Below are positions 37,736 to 47,447 of a stretch of 64,000 bases of DNA, one piece after another. The stretch is from the NCBI GenBank assembly GCA_048270185.1, contig JBLWTJ010000002.1, forward strand, positions 1 to 64,000. Reading direction: 5' to 3'. Within the stretch, counting starts at the first letter, position 1. Every line of letters starts with the position of its first letter. Under the pieces are notes generated by a model. That model saw only the letters and a program-made list of their open reading frames with translations. It had not been told where the DNA came from and did no database searches. The position numbers and the translations under genes are program-made. Source of the stretch: Bacteriovoracaceae bacterium (lineage in GTDB: Bacteria > Bdellovibrionota > Bacteriovoracia > Bacteriovoracales > Bacteriovoracaceae).

Positions 37736-38629
37736 TTATTTAACTAACCTAACTAAATACTCTAGCCCACCAATAATTGCCGCAACTTGGGCCTTCACAC
37801 AATCTTCATCATTCACTTTAGGACTGTCTGGATAAACTTCCGTTGTTGTACAAAACCTTGCCTTAGAAAAAGAAGCGCATAGATTGAGTTTTTTTAATGG
37901 ATAGTTAATGACACCCTCTTGCTCGATTGGCTCGCCTATTATTTTGCTATTCTCATCGGCAGGCGCAATATATGTAACGCTTCTCACGGATTCAATAATC
38001 GCTTGTTGAAATTCAGGTGTAGGATTTTCACTATCACCCACTAAGTAGAAACCATCGGGAATATCCCAAACATCTTGAGCGATACCGTCGCGTTTTTCAA
38101 GGGCCGGTCGAAAAACCGTGTTATCTGTATCTGTCGTTTCGTGTAGATCAAAGTGTGCAAAGATATCGACGCCTATATCTGCAATGGCCTGCATAACTTG
38201 ATTACATTCTTCGGCCGGGCCATCTTGAACAAATGAACGATTTGGGTCTAAGGCCAGCGGATTCCAGCGATTAATGGTTTCATAACCCCATGGACTAATA
38301 CAAGGTGTGACGATGAAATTAAATTGCTCTGTATAATTTAGGGCCTCTATATCTAAGAAACTAAGTGCACCATGAACACCACTTATCTCATAGCCATGCA
38401 CTCCCCCTGTCACGAGAATCGTCTTCTTTGAAGAATCAAAGTTCTTAGTCTTAATAATGAAAAGAGGATATTTTTCAACATCATAAGAGAGAGCACCATA
38501 CTGAGTGACTTCAAAGCGATCTCTAAGAGCATCGATTTTTGTCACAACTTCATCTAAGTATGATCGTTTGATTTCTTGTTCGTTTCGCCAATTGACTTTA
38601 TCGGCTTCGGTCCATGGGGTCTTTTGCAT
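37736..38629 (-). CDS. M14 metallocarboxypeptidase / succinylglutamate desuccinylase family
   Basis: GGVHGYE.SG, NRWN...DPNRSF, DLHET, TTEVYPD. Confidence 0.85.
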   Translation of the reverse strand: MQKTPWTEADKVNWRNEQEIKRSYLDEVVTKIDALRDRFEVTQYGALSYDVEKYPLFIIKTKNFDSSKKTILVTGGVHGYEISGVHGALSFLDIEALNYTEQFNFIVTPCISPWGYETINRWNPLALDPNRSFVQDGPAEECNQVMQAIADIGVDIFAHFDLHETTDTDNTVFRPALEKRDGIAQDVWDIPDGFYLVGDSENPTPEFQQAIIESVRSVTYIAPADENSKIIGEPIEQEGVINYPLKKLNLCASFSKARFCTTTEVYPDSPKVNDEDCVKAQVAAIIGGLEYLVRLVK

Positions 38630-38675
38630 AGAAGTATATTAACATAAGAGAGTTTACACACAAAGTCCGTAGAGG

Positions 38676-39749
38676 TCATGAAGTGAAAATACAAAGATTC
38701 CCATTATCTATTTCAAGCGGTGCTTCCCAATCAGATGTCGCCAGCGTATCGCGGAACCACTTCTTTGCATTCCCCTTTGTCACGACAGTTACTTTCTTTC
38801 TTCTGCTTATGTTGAGAATTTGAGAAGTCATTAATTTATAAGTTGATTCATTAAATGGATCGTAGAGATAGAAGATATCGGCTTCAGGAAGAGAGAATGT
38901 CTCTTCAGATAAGTCTTGTACTTTAAATTCTAGACTATCTGATAGTTCTAAGGATTCGCATGCCTCTTGGGCGATTTCTACACGATGAGGAACAAATTCA
39001 TAGCCAACAATATTTAACCTAGGCTCTAAAATTGCACTCACTAGCCCGACACGGCCATAGCCACTGCCTAGTTCCACTAGTTGATGACCTTCTTCGATAT
39101 TTAAGTGATTAAGAGCAAGTAGAATTGTCGAATATCCCGATTGAACACCAGCGCCAGAATTACTAAAGATTCGTTCATTGTGATTTTGCGATGAAGTCAT
39201 TTTCTTATCTAAGCTATAATCGAGTTTAAAGAGTTCATCGAGGCGATCAAAAATACGATAAAGCTCGACTCCTCGGGTACTTTCAGGAGTGTGGTCTTTG
39301 CGCTTTTCTTCTTCGTAAAGATAGTGAACACTCATCTCATTTAGAGCATGATTTAAGAATTCTTTCTTAAAATCAGAATCTTTTAAACTAATATATTTTA
39401 TTAATTTCTTTTCTAATGAATGACTTTTCTTCTGTATCGACTTTAACTTTCTATCACCACTATTGATTAGTACTTCGTGTAAAAAATCAAGATGTGCAAG
39501 TTCATCAGCAAAGAAAGGATTCAGCATATCTTCATATGATAGCTTAATACCATCTTTCATCGACTGTTGTTTACTAAGCCAACATTGGTCTTGAATAAAT
39601 TCAACACTACTTTGTACCAAGGCCAAATTTAAATAGATATTGGCCAGCTGAACACTTGAGATTCCATCAAAGTCAAAATTAAACTTATCGAGAGAATAAA
39701 ATTTTATAAGTAATTCTTCTGAGATATTTACTTGTAAAGGAATAACCAT
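38676..39749 (-). CDS. Class I SAM methyltransferase, DOT1-like, with N-terminal extension
   Basis: ELGSGYGRVG, GYEFV..R, LPEADIFYLYDPF. Confidence 0.75.
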   Translation of the reverse strand: MVIPLQVNISEELLIKFYSLDKFNFDFDGISSVQLANIYLNLALVQSSVEFIQDQCWLSKQQSMKDGIKLSYEDMLNPFFADELAHLDFLHEVLINSGDRKLKSIQKKSHSLEKKLIKYISLKDSDFKKEFLNHALNEMSVHYLYEEEKRKDHTPESTRGVELYRIFDRLDELFKLDYSLDKKMTSSQNHNERIFSNSGAGVQSGYSTILLALNHLNIEEGHQLVELGSGYGRVGLVSAILEPRLNIVGYEFVPHRVEIAQEACESLELSDSLEFKVQDLSEETFSLPEADIFYLYDPFNESTYKLMTSQILNISRRKKVTVVTKGNAKKWFRDTLATSDWEAPLEIDNGNLCIFTS

Positions 39750-40219
39750 TAGATAATGTGACCATTTACAATCGCTCTGGCGTTACTCATTGATGTCTCA
39801 TACGTATTTGAAACTTCTTGAACGAGACTTTTCATACAACTTCGAAGCATGTCCTCATCTTGTGTATTCAAATCATCTCGATTAGCTAATTTTGCAATAG
39901 TATTCAGAATAAACTCTAGATCAAGCCTTGTAACTTCATGATTATGATAATCAAGATTGAAGTCAAACTCACTACAATTAATCTTTTTTTCGAGATTATA
40001 TAAAGCCTTCTTTAAGTCATCTTCACATATTCCGATACGAGTATCCTGTAGATGTGAGATTGAAATAAATTTAGTAATCCCTTGTTTTTCAAAATGAATT
40101 TCAAAGAAGTCGCTAACTCCATCATACATTTTGAAAATACTTTTGATTTCCCCTACCCCTAGATCAAGAGAGTAAACCTTTGTTTTATTTTCAATATAAT
40201 CTTTCAAGTCAATAATCAT
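39749..40219 (-). CDS. Divergent CarD-like protein
   Basis: KVYS..LGVGEI..I (RID/Tudor-like) and L...DE.ML......LVQEV (CarD C-domain pattern). Confidence 0.6.
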   Translation of the reverse strand: MIIDLKDYIENKTKVYSLDLGVGEIKSIFKMYDGVSDFFEIHFEKQGITKFISISHLQDTRIGICEDDLKKALYNLEKKINCSEFDFNLDYHNHEVTRLDLEFILNTIAKLANRDDLNTQDEDMLRSCMKSLVQEVSNTYETSMSNARAIVNGHII

Positions 40220-40248
40220 GCTTCCTCCTTTATCGAACTAATTGTAAA

Positions 40249-40273
40249 GGCGTCTATCATTAAAGAAGACGCC
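40249..40273 (-). terminator. Hairpin (weak terminator or attenuator) after the RRM gene
   Basis: GGCGTCT-N11-AGACGCC followed by TTT on the minus strand. Confidence 0.45.
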
Positions 40274-40292
40274 CGATTGTTCAGATAAAAAA

Positions 40293-40565
40293 TTAGAAAC
40301 GATTATCTCTTGTTTTCGATCTTGTTTTGGCTTGATTAACAATAAGAGCTCTTCCCATGAATTCCTTGTCATGTAATTCAGATATTGCTCTTTGAGCATC
40401 TTCGCTACTTACCATTTCGACAAATCCGAATCCTCTGGCACGGCCAGTATCATTCTCTCTGATAACATTGATACTTGCTACTTCACCGATATTTGTGAAA
40501 AGCGCTTTAAGTTCAGAATCTTCAATACTATATGAAAGGTTTCCTACGTAGATATTTGATTTCAT
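40293..40565 (-). CDS. RRM RNA-binding protein (Rbp-like)
   Basis: RNP2 IYVGNL, RNP1 RGFGFVEM; start at ATG 40565 after GGAGG. Confidence 0.95.
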   Translation of the reverse strand: MKSNIYVGNLSYSIEDSELKALFTNIGEVASINVIRENDTGRARGFGFVEMVSSEDAQRAISELHDKEFMGRALIVNQAKTRSKTRDNRF

Positions 40566-40798
40566 TTTTACCTCCACGGTAACTGATGAGACAAAAGTGC
40601 CTCGAGCTCGCGACATTCATGAACAAATGTGCGAGTGATATTTGATTTTTGGTCTGGAGATGTTTATATAAAACAGTGATGATGAGCTACTGGAGCTATA
40701 AAGACGTCTTCTGACCTTATAACTATACACTACAAAGTCATTAATAACAAATAATGTTATTTAACCTATGATTACACCTGCTTATCACAAGTTGTTTT

Positions 40799-41647
40799 TT
40801 AATGAATTTGAAGAAAACTCCCAAGTGCAGAAGGACAGCTCTCATTCACATGACCCGATCTAAATTGATGAACTCGATGAATAAGATTTTCAAGTGAGCC
40901 TTTTCGCTCCTGATCCAATTGAGTTAGTTTTTTAGATACTGATTCCACAAATGGCGCATCTTCTTCAAGAGCATATTCAATGGCCACTCCCATAAGAGCG
41001 AGCTTATTGCGATTCATCCACCAATCTTTATAAGTTGTCGGTAACCTAAATTCACCAATGTCAGCGACTGTCTTTTTGTAGTCTTCAACATCAGCATAGC
41101 TTTCAAAATTATTAAACCACTCTCCAAGCCAAGCGGTATTATTTTTTTGGCCTTGATAATAAAAGTCCTTGTGATCATCCACAAGAATAACTAAATCAAG
41201 ATCATCAGTTACTAGTGAAATATCTTTCTTCCACTTATGAACGAAGCGTGAATCTTCGGGAACATTTCTGCGGTTATCATAGAGATGTTGTCTCGATAAA
41301 ACTTTATAAGAGATGTCGTGAAAACTTCGGCCACTGCCATCTGAAAGTTTTAGAGTTTTTAGAAGTTCAATATTTCGCTCTTCTCCACCACCGCTAAAAA
41401 ATGAAATGGAGACATCTTCTCTATGTGATAATTTTGTGATGAGTTCTTCGGCATACGGTAGGATTCGATAATTGATGCCTTGGATATTGATGACTCTTTT
41501 TGGATTGAATGTTTCACCCGCTTCAATTTCGGCCACGATAGTGTGGTCGATATCAAAGACAATATGCTTCAGGTGTGCCTCAGACTCGGCAGGCATCCTA
41601 AAGACTTGAGAACACGAAATAAATAGTAAGAGAACTAGAAATCTCAT
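40799..41647 (-). CDS. HAD-superfamily (FCP1/NIF-like) lipoprotein
   Basis: Lipobox FISC; IVFDIDHT motif I, FFSGG, KKDI...LVDD. Confidence 0.7.
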   Translation of the reverse strand: MRFLVLLLFISCSQVFRMPAESEAHLKHIVFDIDHTIVAEIEAGETFNPKRVINIQGINYRILPYAEELITKLSHREDVSISFFSGGGEERNIELLKTLKLSDGSGRSFHDISYKVLSRQHLYDNRRNVPEDSRFVHKWKKDISLVTDDLDLVILVDDHKDFYYQGQKNNTAWLGEWFNNFESYADVEDYKKTVADIGEFRLPTTYKDWWMNRNKLALMGVAIEYALEEDAPFVESVSKKLTQLDQERKGSLENLIHRVHQFRSGHVNESCPSALGSFLQIH

Positions 41648-41654
41648 CACTATC

Positions 41655-41681
41655 TTATCGACCGATTTTATTTATTACTTA
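41655..41681 (-). promoter_or_regulatory. Putative sigma28 promoter
   Basis: TAAG-N15-GTCGATAA, ending 7 nt before ATG 41647. Confidence 0.6.
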
Positions 41682-42173
41682 AAAGATTTCAGACACTTCT
41701 TCTAAGAGGGCCGCATGCTTATTTCGAAGCTCAATCGGATCTTCAAAGTGCATCGAAGTCTTCTTTTCAAGTAGCACCACAACCTCATCCGAATTAGGTG
41801 GAATATATTTAATAAAGGCAGCGCACTCAACATTTTCAGGATCGAGCAATTGCGTTTCAAGCGAGAGTTTAAGCCTAATTTCCTGCGAGAGCTTGCCTGG
41901 ATACTTCTTACAAAGATCAATAAGAAGTTTTTTAAGAGTTGGATTATCCCACTTTAAGGCCACCAGAACAGATGGTTCACAAGCCTCAACTCGATAGACT
42001 CCACCGACCATTTCACACTTAATACCTTTATCAGTCGATGTCTCAAGATAGCGATACGCAAAGTTTTCAAGATTGTGAATAAAAAGAGATGCAACCCCAT
42101 CAGATTCGAGCATCCACTCGCGATTCTTAGAGTTCATTTCCTGCGTCAGTTTTTCTTTATCTATATTTGTCAT
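41679..42173 (-). CDS. Hypothetical protein
   Basis: 164-aa ORF with a -10 box 6 nt before the ATG; no family recognised. Confidence 0.7.
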   Translation of the reverse strand: MTNIDKEKLTQEMNSKNREWMLESDGVASLFIHNLENFAYRYLETSTDKGIKCEMVGGVYRVEACEPSVLVALKWDNPTLKKLLIDLCKKYPGKLSQEIRLKLSLETQLLDPENVECAAFIKYIPPNSDEVVVLLEKKTSMHFEDPIELRNKHAALLEEVSEIF

Positions 42174-42249
42174 ACATACATAATACTTGCCTAATTAGAT
42201 CAGTAAAGCGATTCTATAATTATAACTATTTATAACTAGAGGGAAGTAT

Positions 42250-44082
42250 ATGAGTAATGCTTATGAACCATCATTAAAGTCAAAGAAGGCCGGAATCGCC
42301 TTCGGTTTCGTCATCTCCATCGTACTCGGTGCAGCATTTGTTTTTTCAGCACTGAAGGCAGGAATCACTCCAGGGATTAGTCCCCTCGTGGTTTTATTCG
42401 GTTGGGTTGCTATGGGAGCTTTCTTTAAAGAAGATATGAAAGGTTTTCTAGCAATGGCACAGGTAACTGGTTCAGCAGGTGTAGCTGTAACGGCCGGTGT
42501 TGCCTTCGTTGCTCCAATCGTTCAGATATTAGCAGCAGAACTTGGTGTTGATGTTCCACCAGTGGATGTCTTTTCTCTAATCCTTGCTTCTGCATCAGGG
42601 TGTTTCTTAGGTTGGGGATTTGTTGGTCTTGCAACACAGAGATTTTTAACTGACCCAAAGCTTCCAGCTCCTGAAGCTGTTGCTTGTGACCGCCTAATTC
42701 AAACAGCGGCAGAAAATCCACAAGCTCGTCCACCACTTAAATTCTCACTTGTTCCAGGTCTACTTTTTGGATTTATCATGGCCTTCTTAAACCAAATAAA
42801 AGTTCTAAAAGCAAGTATCTATGATCTTAAGCTGACTCTTAGTGGTGTTGAAACAAAACTTCCACTACCAATTAACCCACTCTACTTTGGTATCGGTGCA
42901 CTTCTTACTGTTCCAACGGCAATTCTAATCTTCTTCGGAGGGTTACTAAACGCAGTTGTAAAAGGAATGTCTGCCGCTCAAGGAATGCCAGGGACAACTT
43001 TCCGTTGGGTTGGTGGAGCTGCAATGGTTGTTGCCGTTATCTATTCACTAATTGCCTATATCATTGAAGGACGTAAAACACGTAACGCCCTTGCCGATAA
43101 AGAAGCAGACTATAACGAAGAGCAATTAGAAATTCCTGCAGGAGTTAGAAAGCAACTTCTAGGATCTATTGGGGTTGGATCTATTCTTCTTATCGGTATG
43201 ATGATCTATTCTGGTGCAACTCTTGTTGGCCTTGTAGCACTTGGTGTTGTTGCCCTACTTCTAATCTTTTTCCTAAGTGGTCTTGGTGCTCTATTATCAC
43301 TACAAGTTGGATCATCGGCTTCACCAGTTTCAGGTACAGTATTCATGGGAATGCTTGTTCTAAGTCTTGTTGGTCTTGCAATTGGACTTGAAGGTATTGA
43401 AGGTGTTTACTTCCTTGTTCCAATTATCGTTGCCGCTTGTGTTGCCATCTGTGCATCAAATGATTCGTCACAAGATTATAAAACAATGCAATTTAATGGC
43501 CTAAAAGTTTCTAGCTCATTCATCGGACAAATCATTGGTCTTCTAGGTGGAGCAATTTCAGTTCCTCTAGCAGTATATGTTGCACACGAAACAGGAACAC
43601 TTGGTAGTGAAGCTCTTCCAGCTCCTCAAGCAGCTTTCTTTGCAACAGTTCTAAAATCACTATTTATTCAAAGTGATATTCCAATGGGACCAGTTCTTGC
43701 GGGTACAGGTCTTGGTGTAGTTGCTGTTATTGTTGAGATCATTGGTAAGCGTAAAGGAATCATCCTAAGCTCACTTGCCTTTGCTGTTGGGATCTATCTT
43801 CCATCATATATTGGTACAGGTATCCTTCTTGGTTCCCTTGCGAGACTTTCAGGAACTAAGTCACTTTCAAAAATCACTCACAGAGGGATTCTCATGGCCG
43901 CTGGTCTTATTACTGGTGACGCCCTATTCGCACTTCTATTTGGAATCCTTGCAATTGCAGGAATGGAAATCGCAAGTGTGAAAGACTTTGGATACCAAGG
44001 TACTCTAAGTGTCCTTTTCTTCGTAGGACTTCTTGTTGCCACAAGTATCAACTACGCTAGAACTTCTTCAATCGAGAAATAA
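42250..44082 (+). CDS. OPT/YSL family oligopeptide transporter
   Basis: LKAG.T, L.APEAVA, SPVSG, SQDYKT, LPAPQA, A.G.YLP, AGLI.GD. Confidence 0.85.
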   Translation: MSNAYEPSLKSKKAGIAFGFVISIVLGAAFVFSALKAGITPGISPLVVLFGWVAMGAFFKEDMKGFLAMAQVTGSAGVAVTAGVAFVAPIVQILAAELGVDVPPVDVFSLILASASGCFLGWGFVGLATQRFLTDPKLPAPEAVACDRLIQTAAENPQARPPLKFSLVPGLLFGFIMAFLNQIKVLKASIYDLKLTLSGVETKLPLPINPLYFGIGALLTVPTAILIFFGGLLNAVVKGMSAAQGMPGTTFRWVGGAAMVVAVIYSLIAYIIEGRKTRNALADKEADYNEEQLEIPAGVRKQLLGSIGVGSILLIGMMIYSGATLVGLVALGVVALLLIFFLSGLGALLSLQVGSSASPVSGTVFMGMLVLSLVGLAIGLEGIEGVYFLVPIIVAACVAICASNDSSQDYKTMQFNGLKVSSSFIGQIIGLLGGAISVPLAVYVAHETGTLGSEALPAPQAAFFATVLKSLFIQSDIPMGPVLAGTGLGVVAVIVEIIGKRKGIILSSLAFAVGIYLPSYIGTGILLGSLARLSGTKSLSKITHRGILMAAGLITGDALFALLFGILAIAGMEIASVKDFGYQGTLSVLFFVGLLVATSINYARTSSIEK

Positions 44083-44088
44083 TCATAG

Positions 44089-44140
44089 GGTGCCATGCTC
44101 CTTTGGTTTCGCAGATGCGAAACCAAAGGAGCATGGCACC
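44089..44140. repeat. Perfect 25-bp inverted repeat (REP/REPIN-like)
   Basis: GGTGCCATGCTCCTTTGGTTTCGCA-ga-TGCGAAACCAAAGGAGCATGGCACC. Confidence 0.9.
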
Positions 44141-44257
44141 TACATAAACTTTTCAAACTCCCAATAATTTTATTGAAAATATGCTACAAAGCAGTAGTTT
44201 TTAAATTCATACGTATATAAGTCATTAAAATTACATGATATGTAGTGAGAGGGATTA

Positions 44258-46966
44258 ATGAAAGTATCTAAAACACTAGCTATTTTAGCAGCTCTAACAG
44301 CAACCACAGCACAGGCCGGAATTTTTAACCATATCTTTAAGTATCGAGGTTATAAATTCGACTCTGAGAGCAAGACCTGTGTGAATAAGAAAGGTAAACG
44401 TGGCTTCAGTAAGAATTACTACGGGCAATGTGGTGACTTAACTGGATTTGATGCAAAGAAACTTGTTAAGAAAATCAACCGTAAGCATGTTGCAAAGAAT
44501 TCTCTCATCGGTTCAAAGCTCATGGGACTAGACCTTTCTGGAGCAAAGATTGAAACTGTTAATATGGCGTATACAGATCTTAGAGGTACTAATCTTAGTA
44601 AAGTAAAATTAAATTCACTAAAAGATCATCTATATATTAAAGGTGCAAAGTACGATGAAACAACTCTGCTTCCTTTCTCAGACTATACGGCCATTTCAAT
44701 TCACCAAATGGTAAAACTAGACTATAAATCGATAACGACAGTCTACCCTAACCCGATAGATATTTTTGAAGAAACAAATCTCTCAGCAGTGAGTGAAAAG
44801 CTAAAAACAATCGCTTCAATCACAAAGAGATATCATAATGAATTACTAGAGCTTGTCGAAGAAGTTGATTCTCTTTCATATGACCAACTAAGAATGATCC
44901 TTGAATCAACTTATGTAACGGCCGTTGAGTATCGAGAACTGGCCAAGCAAAGAGATATCGCTACAGGTAGTGAACTAGCAAGAGTAAATGATCTCTTAAA
45001 TGCCTATTCTGATCTTGGTGTTATCGTAAATAAAATCATTAATACTGCACTTCCTAAGTTAGAAGTTGAAGATAATATGGATCAAATTGTTGATCTTGTG
45101 CTCGATTACTTTCCAACAAAATACCACTCACAACTTCATAATGGCTTCTCTTTTATTTCTGAAAAGTTCGAGGCTCAGCTAAGTGATGGTGCATACTTGA
45201 AAGTTATTCAAATTCTCGACCATACAACTTATGGCAACACAACAGAATCGCTAAAAAATGCAGTTTCTGATTATATGAAACGTGAAGGAAAAGTTGTCTT
45301 CGCAGAGATTGCCAATGTACTTGGATTTATTGAACGTAATAATGAGCTAGTCTTTAATATTCTATTTTCAAAGTTTAATTCATTTACAACAAGTGAATAC
45401 CTATCTCTCATGAATAACTATCGATTCTTTAAATCATACTTTGAGAATCGTACAAAAATTTCTGATCTTACATTTTCAAATTCATTAGAATTATCAAGAG
45501 CATTTAGCTACTCAAGAAAAGATGTCATTTTATTTGAAGCTATCCAAAAACGTTCATTTGTTACTGTTAAAGAACTTGATTCAGTGATTAGAGAGCATGC
45601 TTATCGCCTATTTGATATTGCAGAGGCTTCATTTGATCTTATTACTGAAAACAGCGAAAGTCTTTCACATGAGCTAGCGGCAGCAAAGAAGAGTAACTTC
45701 AGTGATCTTATTCTTGCTCACTACTATGTCACAATGAAGAAGAGTATCACAATTGCAGACTACTATGCACTTAAGACAAATCTTAAGTCATTAAGTAATT
45801 TCATTAGCAACACGGCCAAAGTTGGTGTTGATTTTACAATCTTTGATATCATCGAGATTGCAGGAAAGATCAATGCTGATGCAAAGAAAGCGATTGTAAA
45901 AAGATTCTTTGAATTAGTTGGTACAATCACAACTGATGAAATTCTTCTTCTTTATGAGAAGACTGTCTTTGATCTTAAAGACCTAACAAGTAATCTTGCC
46001 AAGGTATCTGATCTTGATATTAAGAATACTGTTAAGATGGCCAGACACTTCAAGAATAATACAAGTGACGCAATCATCGATTACTTCATCAACAAATATG
46101 TTAAAACGACAGGTATTTCTGTTAGGGATCTTATTCTTCTTGCAGATGTTAGTTACAACGGGAAGAAATCAATTCTTAATGACAATCTAAAATTTGTTAA
46201 TAACTGGAGTGTTATCAACGCATCAGTTCTAATGAGTAACTCACCAAGTGAAATAAAAAATAGTATTGGTGAATACTATCTAACAAATATCGTTACTAAA
46301 GCATCATTAAGTTATCCAGAGATCTCAAAGATCATTGAATCAGGCTATAACTACTATGGTGGTGCCGATGAACTACTACTTAAGCACCTTGATAAGATTA
46401 GTGGGTTTAATTTTGAGATGATGCAAAAGGTAGCTTCAAAGTACTCAAGATCAAGTCGAGATATCGTTCTTAAGTACTACCTAGAGAATGAAGCAAAGCT
46501 TACAACAGTTAATCTAAGGGATGCGGCTTCACTTTCATATAATAATAAGTATGAGTTTATTAAAGAATATATTGGAAAAACTGTTGATCAATCAGCGGCC
46601 AACACAAAGCTTCTAGCTGATAATCTCTATCGCAGTCAAAAAGATGTCATTGTAAAAGTCTACCTTGATTCAGTTTCATCAATCTCGGCAACAGACCTAG
46701 TAACAGTTGCGACAAGTACTTATGGTGAACGTGATGCGCTTATTATTGCTAACGTATCAAAGGTATCAAACCTAAGCGTTGCCAACGCTATCTCGATTAA
46801 TACGAACTTATACAAGTACAGCAAGGATCAATTCCTATTAAATGCTGTAAGCTACTTAACTGACCTAAGTGTTAACAATATCTATGAATACGCATCAAAT
46901 GCATATTCAGGTAGCGCAAAAGATCAGATCTTAAAAACGGGATTAGAAGTTTTAGGACAAGAATAG
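44258..46966 (+). CDS. Large secreted protein: short pentapeptide repeat plus C-terminal helical repeats
   Basis: Signal AQA; LSGAKI...TDLRGTNLS; recurring KxSxLxxxNxxxL....KD.I units. Confidence 0.75.
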   Translation: MKVSKTLAILAALTATTAQAGIFNHIFKYRGYKFDSESKTCVNKKGKRGFSKNYYGQCGDLTGFDAKKLVKKINRKHVAKNSLIGSKLMGLDLSGAKIETVNMAYTDLRGTNLSKVKLNSLKDHLYIKGAKYDETTLLPFSDYTAISIHQMVKLDYKSITTVYPNPIDIFEETNLSAVSEKLKTIASITKRYHNELLELVEEVDSLSYDQLRMILESTYVTAVEYRELAKQRDIATGSELARVNDLLNAYSDLGVIVNKIINTALPKLEVEDNMDQIVDLVLDYFPTKYHSQLHNGFSFISEKFEAQLSDGAYLKVIQILDHTTYGNTTESLKNAVSDYMKREGKVVFAEIANVLGFIERNNELVFNILFSKFNSFTTSEYLSLMNNYRFFKSYFENRTKISDLTFSNSLELSRAFSYSRKDVILFEAIQKRSFVTVKELDSVIREHAYRLFDIAEASFDLITENSESLSHELAAAKKSNFSDLILAHYYVTMKKSITIADYYALKTNLKSLSNFISNTAKVGVDFTIFDIIEIAGKINADAKKAIVKRFFELVGTITTDEILLLYEKTVFDLKDLTSNLAKVSDLDIKNTVKMARHFKNNTSDAIIDYFINKYVKTTGISVRDLILLADVSYNGKKSILNDNLKFVNNWSVINASVLMSNSPSEIKNSIGEYYLTNIVTKASLSYPEISKIIESGYNYYGGADELLLKHLDKISGFNFEMMQKVASKYSRSSRDIVLKYYLENEAKLTTVNLRDAASLSYNNKYEFIKEYIGKTVDQSAANTKLLADNLYRSQKDVIVKVYLDSVSSISATDLVTVATSTYGERDALIIANVSKVSNLSVANAISINTNLYKYSKDQFLLNAVSYLTDLSVNNIYEYASNAYSGSAKDQILKTGLEVLGQE

Positions 46967-46982
46967 TCCCGAAGGAATATAT

Positions 46983-47417
46983 ATGAAATTACTTAGCATC
47001 ATTTTCTTAATAGCTATATCAACACAAGCATCGGCCCGCCCGAGAGACGGTGCACTTTATTGTGGGAAGCATGAATCTCATATTAAAATCTACTTTAAGC
47101 AAGACTCTAAGCTATATTATTATATTGATAATACTGATTTGAGAGACCTTAAAGAGTATCGATGTGTTGAGTTCACACCAGAACTCCCTTTCTACGACGA
47201 AGTTCAAAGTGCTTATCTTGAAGCACAAAGTGATGTCGAGAAATTTAGTGACGCAGCTATTGCAGTCTATCGACTTGAGCATGATAAGCGCTACTACTGT
47301 GGGAACCCACAATCAGGGGGACTCTACGTAGCACGTACAAAAAAGTATTCTGAAGCACTATATCTTTACGATATTGAATCGAAAAAATTTGATACTTACG
47401 ATTGTATTAATCTTTAG
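46983..47417 (+). CDS. Small secreted 4-Cys hypothetical protein
   Basis: Signal ASA; internal duplication LYCG / YYCG. Confidence 0.7.
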   Translation: MKLLSIIFLIAISTQASARPRDGALYCGKHESHIKIYFKQDSKLYYYIDNTDLRDLKEYRCVEFTPELPFYDEVQSAYLEAQSDVEKFSDAAIAVYRLEHDKRYYCGNPQSGGLYVARTKKYSEALYLYDIESKKFDTYDCINL

Positions 47418-47447
47418 ATTTATAGATTTTTAGATTCCTAGACACTT

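Noticed and set aside
40566..40790. ncRNA in the long regions upstream of the RRM gene (and at 57720-57840)
   Set aside because: Plausibly long 5' UTRs, but no recognisable RNA family or shared motif is visible by eye
47412..47445. Short TAGATT tandem repeats
   Set aside because: Very short, low-complexity AT-rich sequence between convergent stops
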